Counted from the stretch's first letter, positions 30,573 through 40,770 are shown. The stretch is DNA of 64,000 nucleotides from Spartobacteria bacterium (GCA_009930475.1 RZYC01000007.1:6188-70187), one strand, 5' to 3'. Numbers and translations are program-made. The notes: generated by a model not told the origin, from the sequence alone.

Positions 30573-31535
30573 ATGAAAAACCGCATTAAACGTACGTCTT
30601 TAGCTTATTATCACTGCATGAGCCGAATTGTTGGCCGCCAGATGTTGCTGGGCACAAGTGAAAAAGAATATATGACGGCTCTGCTTCGCCGCATCGAAGG
30701 GTTTACCGGCGTGCGCATTCTGACCTATGCCCTTATGACCAACCACTTTCATCTGTTGCTGGAAGAACCTGATCGCGGTACGGTTATTTCCGATAGGGAA
30801 TTTCAGCGTCGAATGGCCTGCATTTATTCAATGGACGAACTAAATGAGCTGTATGAGCGATGGGCCTCGCTGGACGACGAAAGCACTGCCTTGGAAAAAC
30901 AGCGTTATCTGTCACGGATGCATGACATCAGCGAGTTTATGAAGCAAGTGAAACAACGGTTTTCCAGATGGTACAATCGGATGAATCATCGTTCGGGCAC
31001 GCTGTGGGATGCACGATTCAAGAGTGTACTGGTGGAGCCGGGCACACCGTTGCGAGTTGTTGCGGCCTATATTGAGATGAATCCCGTGCGGGCGGGAATG
31101 GAAACGGAGCCACACTTCTATCGCTACTGCGGTTTTGCCGAGGCGATGGGAGGCGGGTCAAAGGCGAGGGACGGCATCCGGACGATTGCCTCGTTCATGG
31201 ACACGGCCGCACCTGACTGGACGACCGTATCCGCGCACTACCTAGAACGCATTCTCATGTACGACGACGTGCGGAATCATCCGGAATGTGCCTGCACTGA
31301 TCATGATTATTTGCGAGAGAAACTGGGTCAAAAGTTGAAACTGACTGATTTCGAACGATTACTATGCCGCAGTCGCTATTTTATTGATGGACGTATCATC
31401 GGCAGCAAACAATTTGTTGAGCAGTTTTTTGTCGAACACAGGGATTATTTCGGGCAAAAACGAATTTCTGGAGCGCGAAAGATCAAGGGTGGCTGGACTG
31501 GGTTGTTTGCCATCAGAGACCTGGTGGACTGGTGA
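30573..31535 (+). CDS. RAYT-like Y1 (HUH) tyrosine transposase, copy 3 (320 aa)
   Basis: YYHCMSRIVGR, YALMTNHFHLLL, GTLWDARFKSVLV, AAYIEMNPVRAG; start ATG 30573 aligns with the other copies. Confidence 0.9.
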   Translation: MKNRIKRTSLAYYHCMSRIVGRQMLLGTSEKEYMTALLRRIEGFTGVRILTYALMTNHFHLLLEEPDRGTVISDREFQRRMACIYSMDELNELYERWASLDDESTALEKQRYLSRMHDISEFMKQVKQRFSRWYNRMNHRSGTLWDARFKSVLVEPGTPLRVVAAYIEMNPVRAGMETEPHFYRYCGFAEAMGGGSKARDGIRTIASFMDTAAPDWTTVSAHYLERILMYDDVRNHPECACTDHDYLREKLGQKLKLTDFERLLCRSRYFIDGRIIGSKQFVEQFFVEHRDYFGQKRISGARKIKGGWTGLFAIRDLVDW

Positions 31536-31591
31536 TATTCACTTGCATACCCGTTTGACATATCCTGCGGAACAGTGCTAATGATGGCCGC

Positions 31592-32527
31592 ATGTTAACT
31601 ATATTTTCTCGATTTATCCCTGTTTTTTTTCTACTTGGCATCGGCGCATTACTTCGAACCAGAGGCGTTTTGAATGAGACGGTGGTGGACGGGCTCAAGC
31701 GAATCATCATCAACACGGCCTTACCCGCGATCCTCTTTCTGTCCTTTTTAACCATGCATCTTGAATGGTCTATGCTGGGACTTTTTGCGGCCGTTTTCAT
31801 TTTTTGCATACTACTTTACGGTGCCGGATTTCTGATTGAGAAATCACGATGGAATCCCTATCCGCTATCCGCTTTCTTTTTTACCGGATTTGAATTCGGC
31901 ATGGTGGGAGTGGCCTTATACACCAGTATTTTTGGAGCAGAAAATCTTCATTACATGCTACTTTTAGGACTGGGTCACGAGTTTTTTATTTGGTTCGTCT
32001 ATGCGCCGCTATTGGAAGCACGAAACCACGCATCCATCCAATACAGCCGAGTTCTCCGCTCCTTTTTTTCTTCTCCCATTATTTTAGCCATTATTGCGGC
32101 GTTGCTGCTCAATCTCAGCGGCATCGGGGAGTGGCTAACGTGTTTTCAGCTGATCGGCGGGGTACTGCATGGTGTGGAAATGCTTTCCATGCTCACCACA
32201 CCGCTGATTCTTCTGGCGATTGGTTATCAACTGGAGTTTCGCGACATGAACTGGACGGCGGCTATGCGACTCATCGGCTTACGCCTGTTATTGGTTGGAG
32301 TGCTGGGCACCGTATTATTTATGGTTACACTTCACTGGATTATGCCGGTATCTCGACTGCTTGGTTATGCTTTTCTTACTTTCCTGTTACTGCCTCCTCC
32401 CTTTATCATCCCCGTATTTCTGGGTGGGAAACTGGAAAAAGAGGCCTATTTCTACAACAATGTACTGGTTCTTTTCACGCCCGTCACCCTACTGCTTTAT
32501 ATCATTGCGATGCTGATACTAGCATAA
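31592..32527 (+). CDS. AEC (auxin efflux carrier/Mem_trans) family transporter
   Basis: Multi-TM hydrophobic protein; IINTALPAILF, F...GMVG, SPIILAII, TPLILLAIG, PPPFIIP. Confidence 0.8.
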   Translation: MLTIFSRFIPVFFLLGIGALLRTRGVLNETVVDGLKRIIINTALPAILFLSFLTMHLEWSMLGLFAAVFIFCILLYGAGFLIEKSRWNPYPLSAFFFTGFEFGMVGVALYTSIFGAENLHYMLLLGLGHEFFIWFVYAPLLEARNHASIQYSRVLRSFFSSPIILAIIAALLLNLSGIGEWLTCFQLIGGVLHGVEMLSMLTTPLILLAIGYQLEFRDMNWTAAMRLIGLRLLLVGVLGTVLFMVTLHWIMPVSRLLGYAFLTFLLLPPPFIIPVFLGGKLEKEAYFYNNVLVLFTPVTLLLYIIAMLILA

Positions 32528-32662
32528 CACCTGAAAACAGACGTTTTCTCTCTGTAAAAGCAATCTTGCTTTCCTTTTCGCGTTTCTCTACATTACCTCC
32601 CATCTGGAGTGCTTATTCTTATCCGGCATGAAAAGAAACAATCAGGAAGAAAGTGGTCTTTT

Positions 32663-34093
32663 ATGAAAAAAACGAAAATTGTCTGCACCATCGGTCCGGC
32701 ATCGGAATCCGACGAAGTACTGGAACAACTCATTCTCGCCGGCATGAATGTGGCACGGCTCAATTTTTCTCATGGCGATCATGAGGAACACGGCATCCGC
32801 ATCACACGCATCCGTGCCATTGCCGACCGCCTAGGAAAACCCGTAGCCATCCTGCAAGACATTGCCGGCCCGAAAATACGCATTGGAACCATATCTAACG
32901 GACCGGTGATTCTCGAAAACGGAAAAGCATTTATTATTACATCGGATGACATCGACGGCAGTGCCGAGCGTGTCAGTGTAAACTACAAGAAGCTCCCCCA
33001 GCTCGTTCGTCCCGGGGATGTCCTGCTACTCAGTGACGGGATGCTGGAAATGGAAGTATCCCACACAACCGACACCGAAATTCACTGTCGCGTAACCAAC
33101 GGCGGACCACTCAGCTCACACAAAGGAGTCAATCTCCCTTCGCGCTCGACAGGTATCCCCATTTTGACTGCCAAAGACAAAAAAGACGTCATGTTCGGCA
33201 TCGAACAGGGTGTCGATTTTATGGCACTGTCCTTTGTACGAAATGCCAACGATATCCGGCAGGTACGCGCTCTTATCGAGATTCATGACAGCAGTATTCC
33301 ATTGATTGCAAAAATCGAGAAACCCGAAGCCTATGCGCACATAGACGAAATTGTGGAAGCGGCCGACGGCATCATGGTGGCTCGTGGTGATCTGGGCGTA
33401 GAACTCCCCTTTGAACAAGTCCCGCTGATTCAAAAAACAATCATCCGCAAAGCCAACAAAGCGTGCAAACCAGTTATTACGGCAACGCAGATGCTGGAAT
33501 CCATGGTATCCAGTCCCCGCCCCACCCGTGCAGAAGTTACGGATGTGGCCAACGCCATTCTGGACGGAACGGATGCTGTAATGTTGTCGGAAGAAAGTGC
33601 CATGGGGCAGTTCCCTGTACGCGCAGTACAAGCCATGGCCCGCATTGCTCAGGATGTGGAAAAACAATTTCCGGCGGATCACTGGCTCAACCGTTTTGAT
33701 AACGAAAATCGATACACCATCGAGCAGTCGGTCTCTCATGCCGCATGCGATATCGCCGAGCATATGGATGTCGCGGCCATCATCGCGGGCACAGAAACCG
33801 GATTCACCGCCCGTCAGGTATCCCGTCATCGCCCACATGCTCCCATTTTTGCAGTAACAACTGATAAACGAACCTACAACCAGCTGTCACTGGCATGGGG
33901 CGTCACACCGCTTATACTGCCTGATTACGAACAGACCGATGTCATGATCAGGTTATCCTTCGAGGCAGGCATCAAAAATAATATTTTGAAACATGGCGAT
34001 CAAGTCGTCGTGGTTGGCGGTATCCCGGCGAAAATGGCTGGCTGCACCAACTTCCTCGCTGTTGTAGAGGTGGGAAAAACCATTAAATATTAA
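32663..34093 (+). CDS. pyk: Pyruvate kinase
   Basis: KTKIVCTIGPAS, ARLNFSHG, DIAGPKIR, IAKIEK, DGIMVARGDLG, ATQMLESM, PTRAEVTDVANA, MLSEESA; start ATG 32663. Confidence 0.97.
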   Translation: MKKTKIVCTIGPASESDEVLEQLILAGMNVARLNFSHGDHEEHGIRITRIRAIADRLGKPVAILQDIAGPKIRIGTISNGPVILENGKAFIITSDDIDGSAERVSVNYKKLPQLVRPGDVLLLSDGMLEMEVSHTTDTEIHCRVTNGGPLSSHKGVNLPSRSTGIPILTAKDKKDVMFGIEQGVDFMALSFVRNANDIRQVRALIEIHDSSIPLIAKIEKPEAYAHIDEIVEAADGIMVARGDLGVELPFEQVPLIQKTIIRKANKACKPVITATQMLESMVSSPRPTRAEVTDVANAILDGTDAVMLSEESAMGQFPVRAVQAMARIAQDVEKQFPADHWLNRFDNENRYTIEQSVSHAACDIAEHMDVAAIIAGTETGFTARQVSRHRPHAPIFAVTTDKRTYNQLSLAWGVTPLILPDYEQTDVMIRLSFEAGIKNNILKHGDQVVVVGGIPAKMAGCTNFLAVVEVGKTIKY

Positions 34094-34107
34094 GCGCAGC
34101 GACAAAA

Positions 34108-34165
34108 CGGAAAGTTCCAGACATTGGAACTTTCCGCCTGAAAAGTTCCAATGTCTGGAACTTTT
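34108..34165. repeat. Inverted doublet of 25-bp REP-like palindromes, 31-bp spacing (34110, 34141)
   Basis: CGGAAAGTTCCAGACATTGGAACTTTCCG then AAAAGTTCCAATGTCTGGAACTTTT; the two cores are exact reverse complements; between convergent genes. Confidence 0.9.
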
Positions 34166-34187
34166 TTATTTTGGACAAAAAGGCGGT

Positions 34188-35021
34188 TTACCAGCCTTCA
34201 TTTTTACGGCGGTCGTTCTGGTACTTCGTCATAGCTTCACGCACGTACTGCCGGAAGCGAATAGGATTAATCGGCTTGGTAATGACTCGAGCGGCACCGG
34301 CGTTCAGCATGTCCTGCGACATGTCATCATCGTGAAAGGCGGTGGTCACAAGAATCTGTACGGATGCATGCTGCTGCGCGTATTTTCTGATAAATTCACA
34401 GGGATCGTCAGTATTCAATCCCATGACTTCTACAATCAGGACACTGACATTTTCCACGGAATTTAAATCAATTTCATCGTTACAGGTAACGATTTCGACT
34501 TCTTCGGACGTCAGCAGTTTGGCAAAATAATCTAACGCGCGTTTTTCCGGATCCATAATAGCAATGGTCATATCCGTTTCTTCTTCAATGCTTAGCTTTC
34601 CAGTCAGCACGTCATGAACGCAACTACCCAGCATATTGAGATTTACCGGCTTATCCATACGGGCCAAAATGCCGTATTTTTTGTATTTCCGTTCATCCAG
34701 TCCGACTTCACTGCCGCTGGAAAGAAGAATCACCGGAACATTAGTCACCTGCATCACGTCCTTCATCAAATTTCGTGACCCCAGCAACTCGATCAGCAAC
34801 TGTTCCAGCGGCATATCCGCTAGCGGCGTGTCAATGATCAGCAGCTGACTCAAAAAATCCCGATCGGTTTCGATGGCCTCTTCGCCCTCCTCCGCAGTGT
34901 GCACATAGTACCCGCTGGATGAGAGAAACCGTTGAACTGTTAAACGAATCGAAGTTCGGCGGCTGACGATAAGAATGGGAAATAAATGTTTATCCTCGGC
35001 ACTTAAAGTATCACGGTCCAT
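34188..35021 (-). CDS. Tandem atypical receiver-domain protein (REC-REC, no output domain)
   Basis: Two CheY-like folds: ILIVSRR...LLIIDTPLAD...LLSS...MDKPV and IAIMDPE...VLIVEV...VTTA...ITKPI. Confidence 0.75.
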   Translation of the reverse strand: MDRDTLSAEDKHLFPILIVSRRTSIRLTVQRFLSSSGYYVHTAEEGEEAIETDRDFLSQLLIIDTPLADMPLEQLLIELLGSRNLMKDVMQVTNVPVILLSSGSEVGLDERKYKKYGILARMDKPVNLNMLGSCVHDVLTGKLSIEEETDMTIAIMDPEKRALDYFAKLLTSEEVEIVTCNDEIDLNSVENVSVLIVEVMGLNTDDPCEFIRKYAQQHASVQILVTTAFHDDDMSQDMLNAGAARVITKPINPIRFRQYVREAMTKYQNDRRKNEGW

Positions 35022-35193
35022 ATTGTTCCTTAGTCGTATCCCTGATTATTTACTTCTCTTAAAAGAACACAGACGAGGTGCTCTTTGCACGAATAAAATA
35101 CAATTAATATTTAAGTTTTGCCGTTTATCATTATATTTCCAATCCATTGATTTTATTAGATTATTCAACACTTAGGAAAAGAAGTATACGACC

Positions 35194-35889
35194 GTGAAAA
35201 CGACTTACACCATTCACTGCCCGTCCTGCCATGTCGACCAGTCGGCCGAGCTGGTGGACACCATCAATGCCGCCGATGACCTCGAGGAGCGCAACGCACT
35301 TTTCACCAACCACCTGAACCTTTTCAGCTGTCCGAACTGTCACTATTCCTTTCTCGTCACGAAACCTGTTCTTTACTGCGACATTCTAAAGAACATTTTC
35401 GTCTATAATCTTCCTGTAAAAGAACAAGAAAGTGTAGAATCCGCGACGCGTTATTTCCAAAGCATTTTATCGACTATTCTATCGGGATTTCCAGCGGCAG
35501 CAACCACACCTGATGTACAGCTGACTTTTGAGCGCATAGAAATGATCGAGCGGATTCTGCTCTGCGAAGCCGAATACATCCCTCGCATCATTGAATACAT
35601 CAAAATGGAAATCATGGCTAAAAACAAGAAAGCCGTTCCGGCAGAGGATAAACGGCTGCTTCTAAATACCCAGCTATGCACTGACGATGCATTGCTGTTT
35701 GTCATTCAGGATATTGATTCCGGCGATCTGGAACGCGAAATCCTCTATCCCCGGAAAAATTATACGAAACTTAAACAGCGATTTGACAAAGACACAGAAA
35801 CGCCAGGACTGTTAGAATTATTCCCCGGCCCCTACATCAGTGCCCGCTATACTCTGCTGAACAACGCGGAAGACCAGCCGGGGAGCTAG
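35194..35889 (+). CDS. CpXC domain-containing protein
   Basis: N-terminal IHCPSC ... LNLFSCPNC Cys pairs followed by a LYCD motif. Confidence 0.75.
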   Translation: MKTTYTIHCPSCHVDQSAELVDTINAADDLEERNALFTNHLNLFSCPNCHYSFLVTKPVLYCDILKNIFVYNLPVKEQESVESATRYFQSILSTILSGFPAAATTPDVQLTFERIEMIERILLCEAEYIPRIIEYIKMEIMAKNKKAVPAEDKRLLLNTQLCTDDALLFVIQDIDSGDLEREILYPRKNYTKLKQRFDKDTETPGLLELFPGPYISARYTLLNNAEDQPGS

Positions 35890-35929
35890 AGGGGAACATC
35901 GCGATCCAAAGGCGCGATGTCCCGAATCG

Positions 35930-36979
35930 CTAGGCCTGTTTGCTGAGCTTTTTGCCTGATCCCATGAGAATGCCAATGGGATATAGAGGTTCGATATTTT
36001 CGCAAGTGATGCGCACCGCCGAAGCGATGATCACCGACAGAAGAGCCCCGGTCGGCCCCCATAACCAGCCGAAAAACAGTAGCGACATTAAAATCACCAC
36101 GGGGCTCAAGTTCAGTTTATCACCCATGATCTTCGGCGTGATCACATTGCCGATGATCATCTGAATGGTTAACAGCACCAGTGCGCACCCTGCCGCCATC
36201 CAATAATTGGGATAATATTGAATCAAGGCCAGCAAGATGGGCGGCACAGACGCAGCAATAGAACCGACCGTGGGAACAAAATTGAGCACAAAGGCCAATG
36301 TTCCCCAGGTAATCGCAAAATCGATAGACAGAAAACGCAGTGCCAGCCAGACACAAATACCCGTCACCGCGCTGATCACAAACTGTATCACCAAGTACCG
36401 TCCAATCTGCACAGAAATCGAGCTGCCGATCGTTAGAATTTTATCCGCCTGCTCGCCGTTGAACGCCGCACGGATTTTGTATTGGGAAAAAGGCCGGCCG
36501 AGCAGAATAAAGACAAGAAAAACAAAGACCAGCACCAGTTTGGATGAAAACCGGACAAAATAGCCCGAACTGGCCAGCAGAAACGAACGAACCTGATCAC
36601 CCCAGTTGATGGAGCTCAGCGGGTTATAAGTCAAATCATAGTGCTGGGTAATGCTATTAAATATGTATTCGAACTGCGCCTGATATTTGGGATATACCGC
36701 TGCAAAAGCCATCAGCCGCGCATTAATAAATGTGATGCCTAGAATACACAATCCCATCAAAAGGATGAGAACCACCAGAATGGAAAATCCAAGCGGAATC
36801 TTCAGGCGTGTCAAAAAAGTCATCACCGGTGCCAGAATATGCGACAACAACCACGCGATCAGTAAAGGAAGAAAAACGCCCTGTGCAACCTGCAATACCA
36901 TTCCCACTGCAACCAGTGAAATAATACTTAGTAATCCGACAATCCATTTTGTTGAAAGCTGCATAATCACCTGTGACAA
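35930..36979 (-). CDS. AI-2E family transporter (UPF0118/PerM)
   Basis: PLLIAWLLSHILAP, F..NFVPTVGSI, GNVITPKIMGDKLNLSPV, WLWGPTGALL. Confidence 0.92.
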   Translation of the reverse strand: MSQVIMQLSTKWIVGLLSIISLVAVGMVLQVAQGVFLPLLIAWLLSHILAPVMTFLTRLKIPLGFSILVVLILLMGLCILGITFINARLMAFAAVYPKYQAQFEYIFNSITQHYDLTYNPLSSINWGDQVRSFLLASSGYFVRFSSKLVLVFVFLVFILLGRPFSQYKIRAAFNGEQADKILTIGSSISVQIGRYLVIQFVISAVTGICVWLALRFLSIDFAITWGTLAFVLNFVPTVGSIAASVPPILLALIQYYPNYWMAAGCALVLLTIQMIIGNVITPKIMGDKLNLSPVVILMSLLFFGWLWGPTGALLSVIIASAVRITCENIEPLYPIGILMGSGKKLSKQA

Positions 36980-37046
36980 AATTGTAGAAGTATGTCGGTC
37001 AGCATACGAACAGAACCGTCACGGAGCAATGCAAAAGCATGAATTG

Positions 37047-37250
37047 TTACGCCCAGATATTTATGTGCTGTCCCAGACGCCGAGCAATAGGCTGGGGCTG
37101 ATGAACGGATACTGAATCGACTTGATCCTGCGAGGAATCAACGGAGGACTGCACCCCGGGCCGGGAGGGGATCCCTGATGCCTGCCGATATTCCGACATC
37201 ATTTTCATCATAGATGCGACGGACACCTGTTCTGCGGAGATTGTATTCAT
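37047..37250 (-). CDS. Small protein resembling the YjfB putative motility family
   Basis: 67 aa; EQVSVASMMK near the N-terminus and C-terminal LGQHINIWA resemble YjfB-type QVSVAVLKK ... LG.NID..A; AAGGG upstream. Confidence 0.45.
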   Translation of the reverse strand: MNTISAEQVSVASMMKMMSEYRQASGIPSRPGVQSSVDSSQDQVDSVSVHQPQPIARRLGQHINIWA

Positions 37251-37292
37251 ACGTGTTCATCCCTTAATTGACGCGTGGTTGATCTGCTGCGA

Positions 37293-39215
37293 TCAACTGA
37301 AGCAACCCTCATGCCACATGCAGAGATTTACGAGCGGCCAGAGCTTGAGGGGATGAACCGGCATATCGCCTGAAAGCCATGCCTGAACGGCCATCGGATT
37401 GAACAGGTCCCTGCTAAGTGATGACGATGCAATCTGTTCCTGAACAAAGGATTTCATCCATCCGTCCATCCAGTCAAAGACGGGAACAGGGAAACTCATT
37501 TTGGGGCGTTGTACGATGGATGATGGAATGCGGGATGCAAACGTCTGCCGCAGCAGCACTTTAGAATCGATCAGATTTTTTTGCACAATATCCTGCACAT
37601 TCAAAGCGGCGGAAACCGTTTTGGCATCGGCACTCCGCCAATCCAGCCGCAGCCGGTCGGGCAATGAAAAAGCCAGCTCAACCAGTCGATGATCCGTAAA
37701 AGGAACACGCACCTCTACCGATGCGGCCATGGAACTGGAATCCACCCGCATAAGCAACCCTTCCAGATTAACCCGCAGATGAACCTGCATGATGCGGTCC
37801 AGCGTGGAGGCATCGGGATATTGCGCATAAAGCGCATCATAATAGCTTCTCACAGCCCGGTCTTCACCCAAAGCGGCATAGATATCGTTATGCAGCCACA
37901 GCCGTTTTTCACCCGGCAGCAGCCATGAATTCAGCAAAAGGTGCTGTGTGGTGAGATCCGGAAGATATTCCTGACCGTAACATCGGCTGATGGCCTGATC
38001 CAGCATACTCCATTTTATCCGGGGCTTGGAACGGCGTGACGCACGGTCGTAATCATAGGCTGCAAAATAGGGCAGTGTATATCCACCAAAAATTTCGTCG
38101 GCACCCTCGCCACTCAGAGCGACGGTGTAATCCTGACGCAATGCTTTAGACAACATATAGATGGGCACTTCATTCGGCGTTGAAAGGGGCTGTCCGCCGT
38201 TTTGTATCAAATAGGACCATACGTCGGGATACTCTTGCGGATCCAAATCGATCTCCCGACAATTCATGCCGAACCGTTGTGCCGCGCTGCGCACATAAGG
38301 CCATTCATTAAATCCGTCCTGTGCATATCCCACACTGTAGGCATCGTAGTGATGATCCGAATGGTCTGCCGCCAAACCGGATACAATCGACGAATCCAGT
38401 CCGCCGCTTAAAAAGCCACCCAACGGAACATCACTGATGAGCCGACACTTAACCGCATCGCACATGATCTCCATCAGGGATTCCTGTGCACGCCGATCGG
38501 TTAAAGGCGGCTTACTGCGGCTCGCATAACAGGGCGGTTTCCAATACTGTTTTTCCATGCGCTCGCCCTTCGCCGTCAAACGCATCCAATATCCCGGCTC
38601 CAACAGAAAAATGCCATCCAGCAGGGTCTGCCGCCCCATATTAATCCGAATCGTAGAGAGATAATGGGATACCGCCGCCAGATTCAGCGAAGGACGGCCG
38701 GGCATCCATTGCAGCATGGCCCGCATGGTGGAGGCAAAGCAAAAGACACCATCGACGTCTCCATAAAAAAGCGGCTTGACACCTAGTCGGTCTCTGGCCA
38801 CGAACAATGATTCGTCCGATGGCGTATATATGGCCATCGCAAACATGCCGTTGAAACGTTCCAGACAATCCGCTCCCCAGAACAGGTACGAACGCAGCAC
38901 CACCTCGGAATCACTGGACGTATGGCAAGTGATTCCGGCGGCATGCAGCTCTGATCTCAATTCCCGAAAATTATATAGCTCCCCATTATAAACAAGCACC
39001 GTCCCCGTAACCGCATCAATCAGTGGCTGGTGGCCCCCTTGAACATCGATGATCGACAAACGACGATGCCCCAGCCCGACATGCGGTGCGTGATAAAACC
39101 CTTCATCATCCGGCCCCCGCAATGCCATCGTGCGTACGGATCGCTGTAGTCGTCCATTCCATTCCTGACCGTCCTGACTGCTGCTTAAATGATAGTATCC
39201 GCTCAATCCGCACAT
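37293..39215 (-). CDS. asnB: Asparagine synthase (glutamine-hydrolysing) family amidotransferase
   Basis: MCG N-terminal nucleophile, HRRLSIID, YNGELYN, ARDRLGVKPL, FLSGGLDSS, LSGEGADEIFGGY, EVRVPFTD. Confidence 0.93.
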   Translation of the reverse strand: MCGLSGYYHLSSSQDGQEWNGRLQRSVRTMALRGPDDEGFYHAPHVGLGHRRLSIIDVQGGHQPLIDAVTGTVLVYNGELYNFRELRSELHAAGITCHTSSDSEVVLRSYLFWGADCLERFNGMFAMAIYTPSDESLFVARDRLGVKPLFYGDVDGVFCFASTMRAMLQWMPGRPSLNLAAVSHYLSTIRINMGRQTLLDGIFLLEPGYWMRLTAKGERMEKQYWKPPCYASRSKPPLTDRRAQESLMEIMCDAVKCRLISDVPLGGFLSGGLDSSIVSGLAADHSDHHYDAYSVGYAQDGFNEWPYVRSAAQRFGMNCREIDLDPQEYPDVWSYLIQNGGQPLSTPNEVPIYMLSKALRQDYTVALSGEGADEIFGGYTLPYFAAYDYDRASRRSKPRIKWSMLDQAISRCYGQEYLPDLTTQHLLLNSWLLPGEKRLWLHNDIYAALGEDRAVRSYYDALYAQYPDASTLDRIMQVHLRVNLEGLLMRVDSSSMAASVEVRVPFTDHRLVELAFSLPDRLRLDWRSADAKTVSAALNVQDIVQKNLIDSKVLLRQTFASRIPSSIVQRPKMSFPVPVFDWMDGWMKSFVQEQIASSSLSRDLFNPMAVQAWLSGDMPVHPLKLWPLVNLCMWHEGCFS

Positions 39216-39239
39216 AAAATATCCATCTGTTTACCGGTC

Positions 39240-39899
39240 TTAACGACCATCCTCCACCCAACGGACGGCTGCCTGAACAAACTGCGTCGCATTATCAATG
39301 GCCAGTTTTTTCTTTATGCGGGCACGATGGGCTTCTACGGTCTTGACGCTCAACCCCAGCTTCTCGGCCACCTGCTGGGATGAAAATCCGTTGCCGATCC
39401 ACTCAAAGACTTCCAGTTCCCGATCACTGAGACTCTCAACCCCTTTTACGTTGCGGCCGCCGTCGATAAACTGGCGCAACATCTTGTCCTTCACGGCTTC
39501 GCTAGCGTACAGATCTCCGGCTAAAACGGTTTCAATCGCATCAATGACCGATTCATCGGCATCTTCTTTCATAAGATAACCATTCGCTCCGGCACGCATA
39601 GACCGCTCGGCATACATGGATTCGTCGTGCATCGACAACACCAGCATGGGAAAGTTCAATCCCTGACTTCGGATTTTCTTGATCAGTTCCAGCCCGTTTT
39701 TGTCTTTCAACGACAAATCGACCAGCATCACATCCGGCACCGTTCCTGCCTCTACCAGTGCCAAGGCTTCTTCCACACTGCCTGCTTCGGCAACGACTTC
39801 CAAATGATCCACCTGATTAATAACAGCACTCAGGCCGTGCCTTACAATCGGATGGTCATCAACAAGAAACACACCCTTAACCGCGTGCGGATCTACCAT
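39240..39899 (-). CDS. NarL/FixJ-family response regulator (REC + LuxR HTH)
   Basis: VDDHPIVRHG, LVDLSL, VLSMH, GYLMK, LSDRELEV...LSVKTVEAHR. Confidence 0.95.
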   Translation of the reverse strand: MVDPHAVKGVFLVDDHPIVRHGLSAVINQVDHLEVVAEAGSVEEALALVEAGTVPDVMLVDLSLKDKNGLELIKKIRSQGLNFPMLVLSMHDESMYAERSMRAGANGYLMKEDADESVIDAIETVLAGDLYASEAVKDKMLRQFIDGGRNVKGVESLSDRELEVFEWIGNGFSSQQVAEKLGLSVKTVEAHRARIKKKLAIDNATQFVQAAVRWVEDGR

Positions 39900-39901
39900 G
39901 T

Positions 39902-40735
39902 TTATCTCCCCTTGTTTCGACTGGCCAGGTCAAGCTGCTGCCTTTCGCGTGGCGTTAAGCTGCCTATGCCAAATTTTGCGATTTTGTCCAAAATCCTGTT
40001 TAAATCCTGCTCTGTGGGAACAATCACTTCTTTGGTTGCGTGATAATCGTCATCGTAAACCATTTTCATACGCGCGCGGCGATACCATTTCCACGGCCAA
40101 GGAAACGGCTTTTTTAAAATACAGCACCAAGTAAACAAACCGCCAAAAAAAGCGCCTGCCAAGTGCACCACATGTGCTACGCCACCTGAAAAACTGGATA
40201 TGGATGTTAACAGTTCAATACCAGCAAATCCCACAACCATCATCCATGCCTTCAGCTGGATCGGAATGACAAAGAAAAGCAGCAGGGTCAGTTCTCTCTG
40301 CGGCCATAAAACACCGAATGATGCCAGCAGCCCGTAAATAGCTCCGGATGCACCAATACACATGGCCCTGTACCCTAAAGCAATCCATAACACGCCGCCA
40401 AATAACCCGCTGAGCAAATACATTATGATGAAGTTTTTGGTTCCGGTGGTTCGTTCGGTTTCCGGCCCCATAAAAAACAGCATCAGCATATTAAATATCA
40501 GGTGAAACGGATTGGATGGTGAATGCAGGAACATGTAAGTGAAAAACTGCCAGACCTGTCCATGCGTAATGCCGTAATAGGACAAACCAAACACATTGGT
40601 AAACCAGTCACCAAAAACAATCTGTAGAATATAAACAGCAATATTGGCCACTAACAGGTACTTCACACCCGGCGAAATGCCGCCGCCCCGAAGCACAAAC
40701 CGGTTCATGGATGAATTATAATCGTACAAGCTCAT
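39902..40735 (-). CDS. Rhomboid family intramembrane serine protease
   Basis: WQFFTYMFLH, HLIFNM, GASG catalytic Ser, HLAG catalytic His; C-terminal LNRILDKIAKFGIGSLT. Confidence 0.92.
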   Translation of the reverse strand: MSLYDYNSSMNRFVLRGGGISPGVKYLLVANIAVYILQIVFGDWFTNVFGLSYYGITHGQVWQFFTYMFLHSPSNPFHLIFNMLMLFFMGPETERTTGTKNFIIMYLLSGLFGGVLWIALGYRAMCIGASGAIYGLLASFGVLWPQRELTLLLFFVIPIQLKAWMMVVGFAGIELLTSISSFSGGVAHVVHLAGAFFGGLFTWCCILKKPFPWPWKWYRRARMKMVYDDDYHATKEVIVPTEQDLNRILDKIAKFGIGSLTPRERQQLDLASRNKGR

Positions 40736-40770
40736 ACCAGCAAAAATCCTTTCATTGTCGCCGAAAAGTA

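Noticed and set aside
33116-33838. 240-aa minus-strand ORF
   Set aside because: It is fully antisense to pyk and has no motifs. The same applies to the other long shadow ORFs, e.g. 48334-48912, 48925-49581, 52692-53474 and 25766-26374.
35137-35150. TTCCAATCCATTGA, a partial palindrome match
   Set aside because: Wrong loop length and no right arm.
35892-35923. Hairpin GGGAACATCGCG...CGCGATGTCCC between convergent genes
   Set aside because: No U-tract on either strand, so it was not called a terminator.
39902-40735. Rhomboid as a rhombosortase processing the CotH protein tail
   Set aside because: The tail lacks the GlyGly-CTERM motif and TM length, and the genes are not linked.
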